Under the pieces are notes generated by a model. The model saw nothing but the letters and a program-made list of their open reading frames with translations. It did not search any database and had not been told where the DNA came from. 63,645 nt of DNA from assembly GCA_964247135.1 (NCBI GenBank), contig CAXTTL010000005.1:1-63645 (forward strand). The letters run 5' to 3'. The stretch is from an uncultured Deinococcales bacterium (GTDB lineage: Bacteria > Deinococcota > Deinococci > Deinococcales > JAAFIG01). Positions within the stretch are counted from its first letter, which is position 1, and the number at the start of each line of letters is the position of its first letter. Shown here piece by piece: positions 48,152 to 57,514 of this stretch. Both the position numbers and the translations under genes were made by a program.

Positions 48152-48955
48152 ATGACCCCAGTTCGTTTCCTGACCATTCTGTTTTTCGCCTTGCTGTTCG
48201 GCGCTTTTGCCGCAGGCTCGAAGTCCTTGGCGTGGGTGCTGTTCGATCCGACCACCAGCAGCTACCGTCTTTCCAACGGCAACACCTTTACCAACAACGA
48301 CAACCTCGAGCCTGGACAATTTGTCGAAATCACGGGAAGCGTGGTCAAAAGCCTCGAGCAGTGGCGTTCACCGAGCGACATTGAAAAGCGTTACAACACC
48401 AGCTTCGGACGGGTCAATTTCAGTCACGAACGACACTTTGGCGCTCTGGGCGGCAAGAACTGCATCGCCTGTCACGCCGACGAAAAAGGGCTGGCAAAAG
48501 GCGAACCCATCGAAAGCAAAGCCCCGAGCGCCGACCTCGAGCCTCACGCGGCGACCTCGACGGGACGGTTTTGTTCTGGGTGTCACAACGGCAGCACCAA
48601 AGCCGCCGATGCCGCAGGCGGGCAACCAAAATTGAACGTCACGATTTATTCCGCATTCGGCAACAAAAACAGTGCCAGTTGCAACCAATGCCACGTGCCA
48701 GCCAGCCACGGCGCGGATTTCACCAGCAATCACCCCGACCTGGTCAGCGCCGCAGGTGTTGGCACGTGTACCACCTGTCACCGTGGTGGTACAGAAATCA
48801 CGCTTCAAGCCCTTGGGCAAGCCAAGACCTTCGTTCATGCGCAACAAAAACTGGCAAAAGACCCGACTGACACCAGCGCTTTTGCGGCACGACTGCCCAA
48901 CCAATTTTGTTCGTACTGTCACGCCAACCAAAGCAATTTTTTCAGCATCAAATAA
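48152..48955 (+). CDS. Pentaheme c-type cytochrome (c3/c7-like)
   Basis: CIACH, CSGCH, CNQCH, CTTCH, CSYCH; FSHERH; signal peptide. Confidence 0.88.
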   Translation: MTPVRFLTILFFALLFGAFAAGSKSLAWVLFDPTTSSYRLSNGNTFTNNDNLEPGQFVEITGSVVKSLEQWRSPSDIEKRYNTSFGRVNFSHERHFGALGGKNCIACHADEKGLAKGEPIESKAPSADLEPHAATSTGRFCSGCHNGSTKAADAAGGQPKLNVTIYSAFGNKNSASCNQCHVPASHGADFTSNHPDLVSAAGVGTCTTCHRGGTEITLQALGQAKTFVHAQQKLAKDPTDTSAFAARLPNQFCSYCHANQSNFFSIK

Positions 48956-49036
48956 AAAAACCGCTCGAGATCAGCTCGAGGTCAAAAAGACCCGCAACAC
49001 CGCTTGAGCGGCAAGAATTTTTACCGGAGGAAATGT

Positions 49037-51253
49037 ATGCAAGCAACCGTAAAAAAAGCGAAAAACCCCTTCGAGCGCATCAGCCGACGTTCTGTCCTTG
49101 GGGTCATGGGCGTGGGCATGACTGGTATATTGATCGGCTGTAACGACGATTTATCACCATTGAGCGCCACGCTCACCTCCGACATGACCGATTTGACCGC
49201 TACGGGTTCGATCACCTTGACCGCAAAATTGGACGTGGGCTATGCCAACAGCGTCGAGTTTTACGACGGCGCGACGCTGCTTGACACCGTGCCTTTACTG
49301 TTGGGGCAAGCAACAAAACAAATCACCTTGGATGCAAGCAAAAACGGCAAGCACACCTTCATCACCAAAATCACCAGCAGCACGGGCAAACAAGCCTACA
49401 GCAATCCAGTGGACGTGATGGTCAACATTGGGGTGACCCCACCACCCGTCGCACCGACTATTTCACTCTCAGCCTCGAGCGGCTCGGTAACCACCAATAC
49501 CGGCATCACCTTAACCGCCACGGCGGCAGCCACAACGGGTAAAATCACCAAAGTCGAATTTTTTGAAGGCATAACCTCTCTTGGTTCTTCTGCCATCGCG
49601 CCTTACACCTTGGTGGTGCCAGCCTTCACCACAACCAACAATGGCACCCATACTTACACGGCAAAAGTCACGACCGATGCCAGCAGCCTCAATACTGCCA
49701 TCTCGAGCGCTGTGGATGTTGTCGTCAACATTCCAGCCCCACTGCCAACAATCACGTTGGCGGCTTCTTCAAGCACCGTCACGGCGGCTGGCAATCTTAC
49801 GTTAACTGCAACCGTCGCAGGTGGCACAGTCACACAAGTCGAATTCTTTGACGGCGCAACCTCGCTTGGTCTGGGTGTGCTTGCAGGCGCTTCATATACA
49901 AAAACTGTTGCTTTCACGGCAACTTCACCAGCCTTATCACACAGTTACACCGCCAAAGGCACTGTCGCGGGCGTTGCAGCCACCGTTGATAGCGCTGCTG
50001 TAAACGTCAACGTCAACATTGGCAATAAAGCACCAACCATCACCTTGGGAAGCTCGAGTCTTTCGGTAACAGCCAATGGTTCAATAACCTTAACTGCCGT
50101 GCCAACGGCTAACATCGGTACAATTGCCAAAGTCGAATTTTTTGACTCTGCCAGCCCAACCCCGACCGTTGCCGTCAGTACCGTCACGGCTGCCCCCTGG
50201 CAATTTACACCAAGCTTTAGTGCTGCCAACAACGGAGTGCACAATTACACCGCCAAAGCCACAGACTCGAGCAACAACAGCGCGACCAGCACCCCAGCCA
50301 TTGCGGTGACGGTGAACATTCCAACCGCAGCCCCAACCATTACGTTAACCACCACCTCGAGCGCCACGATTACGGCGGCTGGAAATATTGCTCTCAATGC
50401 AGTGCCAACAGTTGACCCAAATGTGACGATCACAAAAGTCGAATTGTTCGATGGCACGACATCATTAGGTTTGCTGACGGCACCTTCTTACGGCAAAACC
50501 ATTCCAGTGACATCTGCTGACAATAGGTTGCACGCTTACACGGCTGTGGTCACAGACTCGAGTGGCAAAACCGCCACCAGCACTGCGGTGAACATTGCCG
50601 TCAATATTGCAGTCGTAGTCACGAACCCTACTGTTACACTGACCGCCACACCCACTACGCTCAGTGCGGCTGGCACAGTCGCATTGTCGGCAACTGTCAC
50701 AAAGGGCAGTGGTACGATCACCAAAGTTGAATTTTATGATGGTACAACTTTACTTGGTTCTAGCTTGAGCACGGTATCACCCTATGCGTTTACAACACCT
50801 GCCTATACCAGTGCCAATAACGGATCAAAAAGCTACACCGCCAAAATTACTGCCAGCGACGGTGGCACAGTCACCAGTGCAGTTGTGAGTGTGACAATTA
50901 ATATAGCGACTGTTACGGGTACTAAAGTTGCGAGCGTCACTGATTTTCCAAGCGTAGGTTCAAGTATCACAACTACCCTTGGTGGTTCTCACGCTCGAGG
51001 TTCAATCATTTATCGCTCTGGAACTTTGTTAACCGGTGGAATTACCATCAATGGCATGTTTTTCATTGCTTATGATCGTGCTTGTACACACAATTTTTGT
51101 GCTGTTCCAATACCTCTTGCTACCTCACATGTGAGTACATGCCCATGCCACGGTGCAACATTTAATTTTGAAACCAAAGCTGCTGGTGGTCAAGCAATCG
51201 GAATGTTACCCATTCAAGTTATTAAACCAAGCGGTACAGATATTTACATTTAA
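49037..51253 (+). CDS. Tat lipoprotein with 6 Ig-like repeats and a C-terminal Rieske [2Fe-2S] domain
   Basis: SRRSVL..LIGC; six VEF/VELF-type repeats; CTHNFC..CPCHG; GGAGG RBS. Confidence 0.85.
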   Translation: MQATVKKAKNPFERISRRSVLGVMGVGMTGILIGCNDDLSPLSATLTSDMTDLTATGSITLTAKLDVGYANSVEFYDGATLLDTVPLLLGQATKQITLDASKNGKHTFITKITSSTGKQAYSNPVDVMVNIGVTPPPVAPTISLSASSGSVTTNTGITLTATAAATTGKITKVEFFEGITSLGSSAIAPYTLVVPAFTTTNNGTHTYTAKVTTDASSLNTAISSAVDVVVNIPAPLPTITLAASSSTVTAAGNLTLTATVAGGTVTQVEFFDGATSLGLGVLAGASYTKTVAFTATSPALSHSYTAKGTVAGVAATVDSAAVNVNVNIGNKAPTITLGSSSLSVTANGSITLTAVPTANIGTIAKVEFFDSASPTPTVAVSTVTAAPWQFTPSFSAANNGVHNYTAKATDSSNNSATSTPAIAVTVNIPTAAPTITLTTTSSATITAAGNIALNAVPTVDPNVTITKVELFDGTTSLGLLTAPSYGKTIPVTSADNRLHAYTAVVTDSSGKTATSTAVNIAVNIAVVVTNPTVTLTATPTTLSAAGTVALSATVTKGSGTITKVEFYDGTTLLGSSLSTVSPYAFTTPAYTSANNGSKSYTAKITASDGGTVTSAVVSVTINIATVTGTKVASVTDFPSVGSSITTTLGGSHARGSIIYRSGTLLTGGITINGMFFIAYDRACTHNFCAVPIPLATSHVSTCPCHGATFNFETKAAGGQAIGMLPIQVIKPSGTDIYI

Positions 51254-51262
51254 TTCTGTTTC

Positions 51263-51292
51263 TGAGGGACAAGAATTAATTCTTGTCCCTCA
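51263..51292 (+). terminator. Perfect 30-bp palindrome, probable terminator
   Basis: TGAGGGACAAGAATT/AATTCTTGTCCCTCA just after the stop codon. Confidence 0.7.
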
Positions 51293-51667
51293 AAATCTTT
51301 TGATGCTTGAGTTTTAAGTACAGAATTTTATTCTTTTTTTGTATTTTATACTTCACATAGTTAAAGTAATCTCATTTTAAATTCAGCTAAACCACATGAT
51401 GTCATCAACCCACGTTTCTCTCGAGCATTACAACTGAGCCAAACGTGATTGCATGAAAAACGTTCAAAGGAGGTAGCGGTATCTGAGAGCGGCGCGGGAA
51501 GCCCGACAGCAAACCCCGCGACACCCCCAAGCACCCCAGGTCATGAGGCGTTCCTTGATTCTGTCACGGCTTTGAAAGTAACACTGTGCATTTTCGGTGC
51601 TGCCCAACAGCCAACAATTCAAAACCCTCAAAATTCAGAACTCTCAAGCAGTATTTTGGAGGTTTTT

Positions 51668-53377
51668 ATGATTCAAGACATCAACAGGCGCGTGGTTTTG
51701 CAAACCCTAGGACTTGGCAGCGCCACACTTTTGGTCGGTTGTAACATTGCCACACCGGACATTGTAGACAACACCGTTGCCGCCCTTTCAACCCAGAACC
51801 TGACCACCACCTGCCCTGGAAACATCACCCTGACCGTCAAAGTCAAAACGGGCACAACCAGCGCCGAACAACAAAAATACGCGGTCTTGAAGATCGAGTT
51901 TTACCGTGGCGCAGTCTTGCTCGGTACGATCACCACCGCACCTTACACGCTCAAAATAGACATCACACCGCAAAACCTGCCACAGTTTGAGGACGACGGC
52001 AAACCCGAACACGAAGACGAGAATGGCTTTTACGCCAAGGTCTATTACAAGAGCGGCAAAGTCCAAACCACCGACCGAATTCGCGTGATTGTCGACAAAA
52101 CCTGCACCCCAGGCAGCACCGACACCACACCACCAACCATCAGCTTGGCAAGCTCGAGCGCCAGTGTGATTGCCGACGGCAAAATCACCCTGACCGCCAC
52201 CGCCGCCGACGAAACAGGCGGGTCTGGACTCGCCAAAGTCGATTTCCTCGAGGGCGCAACCGTTTTGGGCAGCGCCACAGCCGCACCGTTTACCTTTGAC
52301 ATTGCCTTTACCGCCACCAACAACGGCACGCACAATTATATTGCCAAAGCCTACGACAAAGCCGGCAATTTCGCGCTCAGCACCCCGTCGGTCAGCGTGG
52401 TGGTGAATATTCCAGGGACACCGCCAACCGACACCACCGCGCCAACCGTGACGCTTTCAAGCTCGAGTTTGAACGTGATCGCCGCAGGTTCGATTACCCT
52501 GACCGCAGGGGCGACCGACAATGCGGGCGGCAGTGGGGTCAAACAAATTGAATTGTTCGACGGCACAACTTCGCTAGGGGTTAAAACCGCTGCACCCTTC
52601 ACCTGGACGCAAAACCTCGCCATCGCCAACAATGGCACGAAAGTCTACACCGCCAAAGCCACCGACAACGCGGGCAATGTTGGCACAAGCCCCACCGTCA
52701 GCGTGGTGGTGAACATTCCCACGCCGGACACCACCGCGCCCACCACGACCCTTGCTGCCTCGAGTTTGAATGTCACGGCTGCGGGTTCGATCACGATGAC
52801 CGCCACCGCCACCGATAACGCGGGGGGTAGCGGCGTGAAACAAGTCGAATTGTTTGACAATGGTGTTGCGGTCGGTACTGCCAAGCTGATTGCGCCCTAT
52901 GTTTGGACGATTGCCTTCACCAGCGCAGACAACAAAACCCATGTCTACACTGCCAAAGCCACCGACAACGCGGGCAATGTTGGAGCGCTCAGCGCGGCTG
53001 TGAATGTCGTGGTGAACATTGCGGTCGCACCGACCGGCACAAAAGTTGCCAGCGTCAGCGATTTCCCAAGTGTCGGCTCTGTTGTCTTGGCGACCGTGGG
53101 CGGCTCGCACAGCAACGGTTCGGTGATCTACCGCTCGGGAACGCTTTTGGCGGGTGGCATCACCATCAACGGCATGTTCTTTATTGCCTATGACCGTTCT
53201 TGCACCCACGAGTTTTGTGATGCCTTCGGCGGCGCTGCCATCACCGCAGCACACGTCGTCACCTGCCCTTGTCACAAAGCAACGTTCAACCTCGAGACAA
53301 AAGTAGCCACCAGCCCTGCCGTTGGAATGCTGCCACTTCAAGCCATCACGGCGTTCGGAACGGACATTTACATTTAA
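51668..53377 (+). CDS. Tat lipoprotein with 4 Ig-like repeats and a C-terminal Rieske [2Fe-2S] domain (paralog)
   Basis: NRRVVL..LVGC; four repeats; CTHEFC..CPCHK; GGAGG RBS before ATG 51668. Confidence 0.85.
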   Translation: MIQDINRRVVLQTLGLGSATLLVGCNIATPDIVDNTVAALSTQNLTTTCPGNITLTVKVKTGTTSAEQQKYAVLKIEFYRGAVLLGTITTAPYTLKIDITPQNLPQFEDDGKPEHEDENGFYAKVYYKSGKVQTTDRIRVIVDKTCTPGSTDTTPPTISLASSSASVIADGKITLTATAADETGGSGLAKVDFLEGATVLGSATAAPFTFDIAFTATNNGTHNYIAKAYDKAGNFALSTPSVSVVVNIPGTPPTDTTAPTVTLSSSSLNVIAAGSITLTAGATDNAGGSGVKQIELFDGTTSLGVKTAAPFTWTQNLAIANNGTKVYTAKATDNAGNVGTSPTVSVVVNIPTPDTTAPTTTLAASSLNVTAAGSITMTATATDNAGGSGVKQVELFDNGVAVGTAKLIAPYVWTIAFTSADNKTHVYTAKATDNAGNVGALSAAVNVVVNIAVAPTGTKVASVSDFPSVGSVVLATVGGSHSNGSVIYRSGTLLAGGITINGMFFIAYDRSCTHEFCDAFGGAAITAAHVVTCPCHKATFNLETKVATSPAVGMLPLQAITAFGTDIYI

Positions 53378-53384
53378 CCAGCAA

Positions 53385-53427
53385 AGGGTTGCTCGAGCGC
53401 GTATACTCGAGCAACCCTGTTTTATTT
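53385..53427 (+). terminator. Hairpin/terminator with CTCGAG in both arms
   Basis: AGGGTTGCTCGAG-N8-CTCGAGCAACCCT then GTTTTATTT. Confidence 0.65.
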
Positions 53428-53443
53428 CTCAAGGAGGTCTTCA

Positions 53444-53620
53444 ATGGGTGCACCAGAAATTTTAGGATTGATCGTGTTGGCAATCGTGCTGTTTGGCGCG
53501 AGTCGTTTACCGCAAATTGGCAAGAACTTGGGGCAGGGCATCAAGCAATTTAAAACGGGCATGTTTGAAGCCAAAGAGGAACTCTCGAGTGCCATTCAAG
53601 ACGATCCCTCAAAGCCTTAA
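53444..53620 (+). CDS. tatA: Twin-arginine translocase TatA/E (58 aa, below the ORF-track cutoff)
   Basis: MGAPEILGLIVLAIVLFGASRLPQIGKNLGQGIKQFK; AAGGAGG RBS. Confidence 0.92.
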   Translation: MGAPEILGLIVLAIVLFGASRLPQIGKNLGQGIKQFKTGMFEAKEELSSAIQDDPSKP

Positions 53621-53623
53621 ACC

Positions 53624-54691
53624 GTGTTCAAAACGTTTCTCGATGTGCTCTGGAAATCGAGCAGCCTCGCGCCGCAATTTACGCCCTCGCGCTGCTTGCT
53701 CGAGCATCATGTGGTCGGAGGTTGCGACAAGTGCTTGACGGCTTGCCCACATGAAGCCATCGAGATTAAAAACAACAGCGTCAAGCTTCTGGAGCACAAC
53801 TGCACAGGGTGCGGATTTTGCGTTCAAGAATGCCCGACCAAAGCGCTTGAGTACGACCTGAAACCGATCCTGAATTTGCTGAAAAATCAGGGCGTCGGCA
53901 CAAATCAAGACCCCGTTCAAGCCACGCTGAAATGCTCTAAAGTTTCAGGCTCGAGCGAAACCATTTTGTGCATGGGACAACTGACGCCCGCGCATTTGAT
54001 TGCCTCTGCCGCCTGGAATCAAAACCTCGAGTTGGTGCATGGTGATTGTAAAAACTGCGAGATTGGTGACAACACTGCGGTTAGGCGTTTGCAAAAAGTG
54101 CGAATCCAAGCCGAAGAATTGGTTCCAGCCAAGGGCGATGAACCGCAGGTCACATTCATTTCCTGGCTCGACAGTAGCGATTGGCTGGGTTCAGACCGTC
54201 CCAAACGACTCGAACTTGCGCCAGAACCCACACGGGTTTCGAGGCGTGACGCGCTGCAATCCCTGTTCTCGAGCGCCAAACGCGGCGTGGCAGAAATTAT
54301 TCCTGACAACCCACTGCCTGGTGTGACCGCCAAACTCGAGCCGAGCCGCATTCCAGAAGAATGGGTGTGGCGCAAACGCGCATTGCTGCGCCTGACCAAA
54401 AATTCGCAGGTCATGCGTTGGAAAACGCCAACCGTCAACGACCATTGCACCCTCTGCCAGGTCTGCGAATTTGTCTGTCCGACCAAAGCCATCACACGTT
54501 CCGAGAATATTTTGGAACTCGAAGTGTCCGCCTGTATTGGCTGTGATGCCTGTACGGTTTCATGCCCAGAAAACGCGATTCAACTGCAAAGTGAGATTCC
54601 CAGGGCACAACTCGAGCAAACCTTGGTGTTGTTCGCAAAACCACAAACAGATTTACTGTCCTCGGGCACCAATTTTCTCGAGCAAAACTGA
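53624..54691 (+). CDS. Polyferredoxin (several 4Fe-4S clusters)
   Basis: CDKCLTACP, CTGCGFCVQECP, CTLCQVCEFVCP, CIGCDACTVSCP. Confidence 0.88.
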   Translation: MFKTFLDVLWKSSSLAPQFTPSRCLLEHHVVGGCDKCLTACPHEAIEIKNNSVKLLEHNCTGCGFCVQECPTKALEYDLKPILNLLKNQGVGTNQDPVQATLKCSKVSGSSETILCMGQLTPAHLIASAAWNQNLELVHGDCKNCEIGDNTAVRRLQKVRIQAEELVPAKGDEPQVTFISWLDSSDWLGSDRPKRLELAPEPTRVSRRDALQSLFSSAKRGVAEIIPDNPLPGVTAKLEPSRIPEEWVWRKRALLRLTKNSQVMRWKTPTVNDHCTLCQVCEFVCPTKAITRSENILELEVSACIGCDACTVSCPENAIQLQSEIPRAQLEQTLVLFAKPQTDLLSSGTNFLEQN

Positions 54692-54706
54692 ATCAATCTC
54701 GAGCCG

Positions 54707-55264
54707 CTAGCGCCGCCCCTTCACGTGCCAACCCGCTTCACTGACACCCGCTCGAGCATTGACCACCCGCGCCAGAATAAACAAGAAATCCGAGAGTCGG
54801 TTTAAGTACACCGCCACCTCGTGGTTGCTTGCCTCGAACGTTTCGAGTTCGAGCACGTCCCGTTCGGCGCGGCGCGTGATCGCCCTGGCAAGATGCAGCG
54901 CACCTGCCGCAGCCGTACCGCCAGGGTGAATAAAGTTTGACCACGGCGGGCACTCCTCTTGAAACTGGTCAATCAGTTGCTCGAGGTTTTCGACATCGGC
55001 AGCGTCGATGCGTACCAGGTTTTTCTCGTATTTGGAACCCGTCGGCGTGGCAAGGTCGGCGCCGACATCGAACAGGGCATTCTGAATTTGCGCCAGCACC
55101 CCGTCAATCTCAGGGTCGCTCGAGTGTGCCCTCGCCAGCCCAATCGCGCTGTTGGCTTCGTCCACCGTGCCGTAACTCGAGACGCGTTTGGAGAATTTCT
55201 TGACGCGTTCGCCGCCGTACAAACCCGTTTCGCCCGCGTCGCCCGTTTTGGTGTAAATTTTCAT
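54707..55264 (-). CDS. PduO-type cob(I)alamin adenosyltransferase
   Basis: KIYTKTGDAGET, YGTVDEANS, RRAER, YLNRLSDFLF. Confidence 0.93.
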   Translation of the reverse strand: MKIYTKTGDAGETGLYGGERVKKFSKRVSSYGTVDEANSAIGLARAHSSDPEIDGVLAQIQNALFDVGADLATPTGSKYEKNLVRIDAADVENLEQLIDQFQEECPPWSNFIHPGGTAAAGALHLARAITRRAERDVLELETFEASNHEVAVYLNRLSDFLFILARVVNARAGVSEAGWHVKGRR

Positions 55265-55348
55265 GGCTACAGTCTACGGTGCTTCTCGAGCAATAATTTG
55301 AGGTTGAACCCAGATTAGGAATGTTACGTATCTTGACTCGAGGTGAGC

Positions 55349-55918
55349 ATGAAAACTGGAATCTTGATCGTGGCAGGTGCGGCATTGGCGACTTTGGGTG
55401 TGACACTGGCACTGAACAACTCGAGCAATAAGCCGAGCGTGACACTCGAGCAAAGTAAGAAGCTCGCGCCCGATTTTATTCTTGGCGGGCAGTGGCTTAA
55501 TTCCAAACCGCTTTCAATCAAAGACCTGCGCGGCAAAGTCGTGATCGTCAATATTTGGGTGCATTCGTGCATCAACTGTCACAACAGTTTGCCGACCTTG
55601 CGCGACTGGTACAAAAAATACAAAGACCAGGGACTCGAGATTGTCGGCGTGCATACGCCAGAATTTGAATCCGACAAAGACCTGGCGCAAACCGCCGCCA
55701 GTTTAAAAGAAGACGGCGTGACCTGGGCGGTCATGCAAGACAACGACGAAGCCACCTGGAAGGCGTACCACAACCAATTCTGGCCAGCCTTTTACATCAT
55801 TGACCGCAACGGCTTTATTCGCAGCACCCATGCGGGAGAAATCTCGAGCCGTTACCCGAACGCGATCCCTGGTTTGGAAGCCGAGATTCAAAAATTGCTA
55901 TCAGAAAAAGCGCAGTAA
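55349..55918 (+). CDS. Exported thioredoxin-like redoxin (DipZ C-terminal type)
   Basis: WLNS, CINC, GVHTPEF, WPAFYIID. Confidence 0.88.
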   Translation: MKTGILIVAGAALATLGVTLALNNSSNKPSVTLEQSKKLAPDFILGGQWLNSKPLSIKDLRGKVVIVNIWVHSCINCHNSLPTLRDWYKKYKDQGLEIVGVHTPEFESDKDLAQTAASLKEDGVTWAVMQDNDEATWKAYHNQFWPAFYIIDRNGFIRSTHAGEISSRYPNAIPGLEAEIQKLLSEKAQ

Positions 55919-55938
55919 TCTTCGAGTATGCTGAAACG

Positions 55939-56424
55939 GTGAACATGTTCTGGAAAACAATCATCACGATTTTCTGTTTGAGCCTCGGGATGGCATTTGC
56001 CCTCTCGAGCAGCAATGCCGGCATTGTTTATGCCAAACCAAACACGGTGGCGACCATCAAACTCGAGGTGCAAAACGCCAAGAACGTGCTGTTCAACCGC
56101 AAAGGCACGACCACGTTCAGCCTGAGCAATCCTTTTGGCAAAGCGGTGACCTTGGGTTTGCCAAACGGCGTCAAAGATGCCGTTGATCCTGAAGTCTATT
56201 ACTCGAGCCTCAAATCGCTCGAGTTTAAAATCAACGTTCCCAAGACCGCCAAAATCGGAATTTACCCGCTCAAGCTCGAGGTCGATTTTTACCTGTGCGA
56301 CACCAACGTTCGGGTCTGTTACAAAGAAACCGCGCTGGCAAAAGCCGAGCTTCGGGTTGGGCAAGCTGGCAAAAACATGCCCATCGTCATGAAGCTCGAG
56401 CGTGGTGGGTTGCAGATTCGTTGA
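55939..56424 (+). CDS. Secreted hypothetical protein, DsbD N-terminal-like
   Basis: Signal peptide; YLCDTNVRVCY cysteine pair. Confidence 0.6.
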   Translation: MNMFWKTIITIFCLSLGMAFALSSSNAGIVYAKPNTVATIKLEVQNAKNVLFNRKGTTTFSLSNPFGKAVTLGLPNGVKDAVDPEVYYSSLKSLEFKINVPKTAKIGIYPLKLEVDFYLCDTNVRVCYKETALAKAELRVGQAGKNMPIVMKLERGGLQIR

Positions 56425-56435
56425 GGCTCGAGGTT

Positions 56436-56696
56436 TTATTTTCGCAGCAAGAACAAACTGACCAGCACCGCCAAAACCAGACCGCAACCCGAAAGTAAAA
56501 TCGAAACGAACGTGCTTTTATCTTGCGCCCGCGCCTCGAGCGCCACCATGACGGCGCCGACCAATGGCGCGAGCACCAGAATGCCAATGCCGAGCCACAG
56601 CACGGGTTGAACGATCAAGCCAATGGCTAAGAACACCAGACCGCCAGTCAGGCTTAAACCGTAAACTCGAGCGAGTTTGGTTTCCACGGCTAACAC
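56436..56696 (-). CDS. Small membrane protein (DUF1634-like)
   Basis: Three hydrophobic segments; directly follows the TauE gene. Confidence 0.6.
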   Translation of the reverse strand: MLAVETKLARVYGLSLTGGLVFLAIGLIVQPVLWLGIGILVLAPLVGAVMVALEARAQDKSTFVSILLSGCGLVLAVLVSLFLLRK

Positions 56697-57490
56697 CCGC
56701 CTTTGCTTGCCGTGCCGAGGATGTGCCAGTATTTGTTAAATAAATCAAACGCCGAATAAAACACCAACAGCGCAAACAGCGACTTGAGGGTTTTGACCGG
56801 AACGCGTTTGGCGTAATTGCTCATGACCCTCGCGCCAATCAAAATCCCCAGCGCAATCGGTCCCGCCAGGCTTGGCTCGAGTTTGCCGCTGGCGCTTTGT
56901 ACCAGGGCGTTGGCGATGGCGGTCAGACCCATCATGAAGGTGCTGGTGGCGATGGCGGTGCGAAAGGGCAGTCCGACCAGCAGGTTTAAAACGGGGACCT
57001 GAACCGTACCGCCGCCAACGCCCAAAAGACCGCTCATGACCCCGCCGAATGCCACGGCGGGACGCGACCAGATTGATGGGATGGCGCGTTCAGTCTCGAG
57101 GCGGTTCATGCCGCGCAGCATTTCAAAACCGGTGTAAACCAGCAAAACCACGAAGACGCTGGCAACGATTTTGGGTGCCAGGACAATTAAGAGTAACGAC
57201 CCAACCACGCCGCCCAACACCGTGAACGGACTGAGGCTGTAGGCGGTCTTGATGCGCACCAGACCACCCTGGCGCAAATAACCGGCGCTCGAGGCGACCG
57301 CCACCGACAAGACCCCAATCTGCGAGGCGGCGATGATGTGCTGCAAGGGCACGCAGTGGCTCATGAATTTTGGTCCCAGAATCTCTAACGTTGGCACGAC
57401 CACCACGCCGCCCCCCAAGCCGAGCAGTGCGCCCAAACCGCCGGCGATCAGACCGGTCAGCAGCGGAAAAACAATATCCATGATTGGCAT
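56690..57490 (-). CDS. Sulfite exporter TauE/SafE family protein
   Basis: GALLGLGGGVVVVP, SGLLGVGGG..VP, AIATS. Confidence 0.88.
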   Translation of the reverse strand: MPIMDIVFPLLTGLIAGGLGALLGLGGGVVVVPTLEILGPKFMSHCVPLQHIIAASQIGVLSVAVASSAGYLRQGGLVRIKTAYSLSPFTVLGGVVGSLLLIVLAPKIVASVFVVLLVYTGFEMLRGMNRLETERAIPSIWSRPAVAFGGVMSGLLGVGGGTVQVPVLNLLVGLPFRTAIATSTFMMGLTAIANALVQSASGKLEPSLAGPIALGILIGARVMSNYAKRVPVKTLKSLFALLVFYSAFDLFNKYWHILGTASKGGC

Positions 57491-57514
57491 GTTTCGAGCA
57501 TACCGCGCCAATGG

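Noticed and set aside
51481-51520. SAM-I riboswitch (ATC-GAGAG start)
   Set aside because: It lacks the downstream GCAACC/GTGC elements and the P1 closing strand, and the downstream gene is not sulfur-related.
51449-51667. N-terminal extension of the second Rieske gene from TTG 51449
   Set aside because: The Tat signal and GGAGG RBS indicate ATG 51668.
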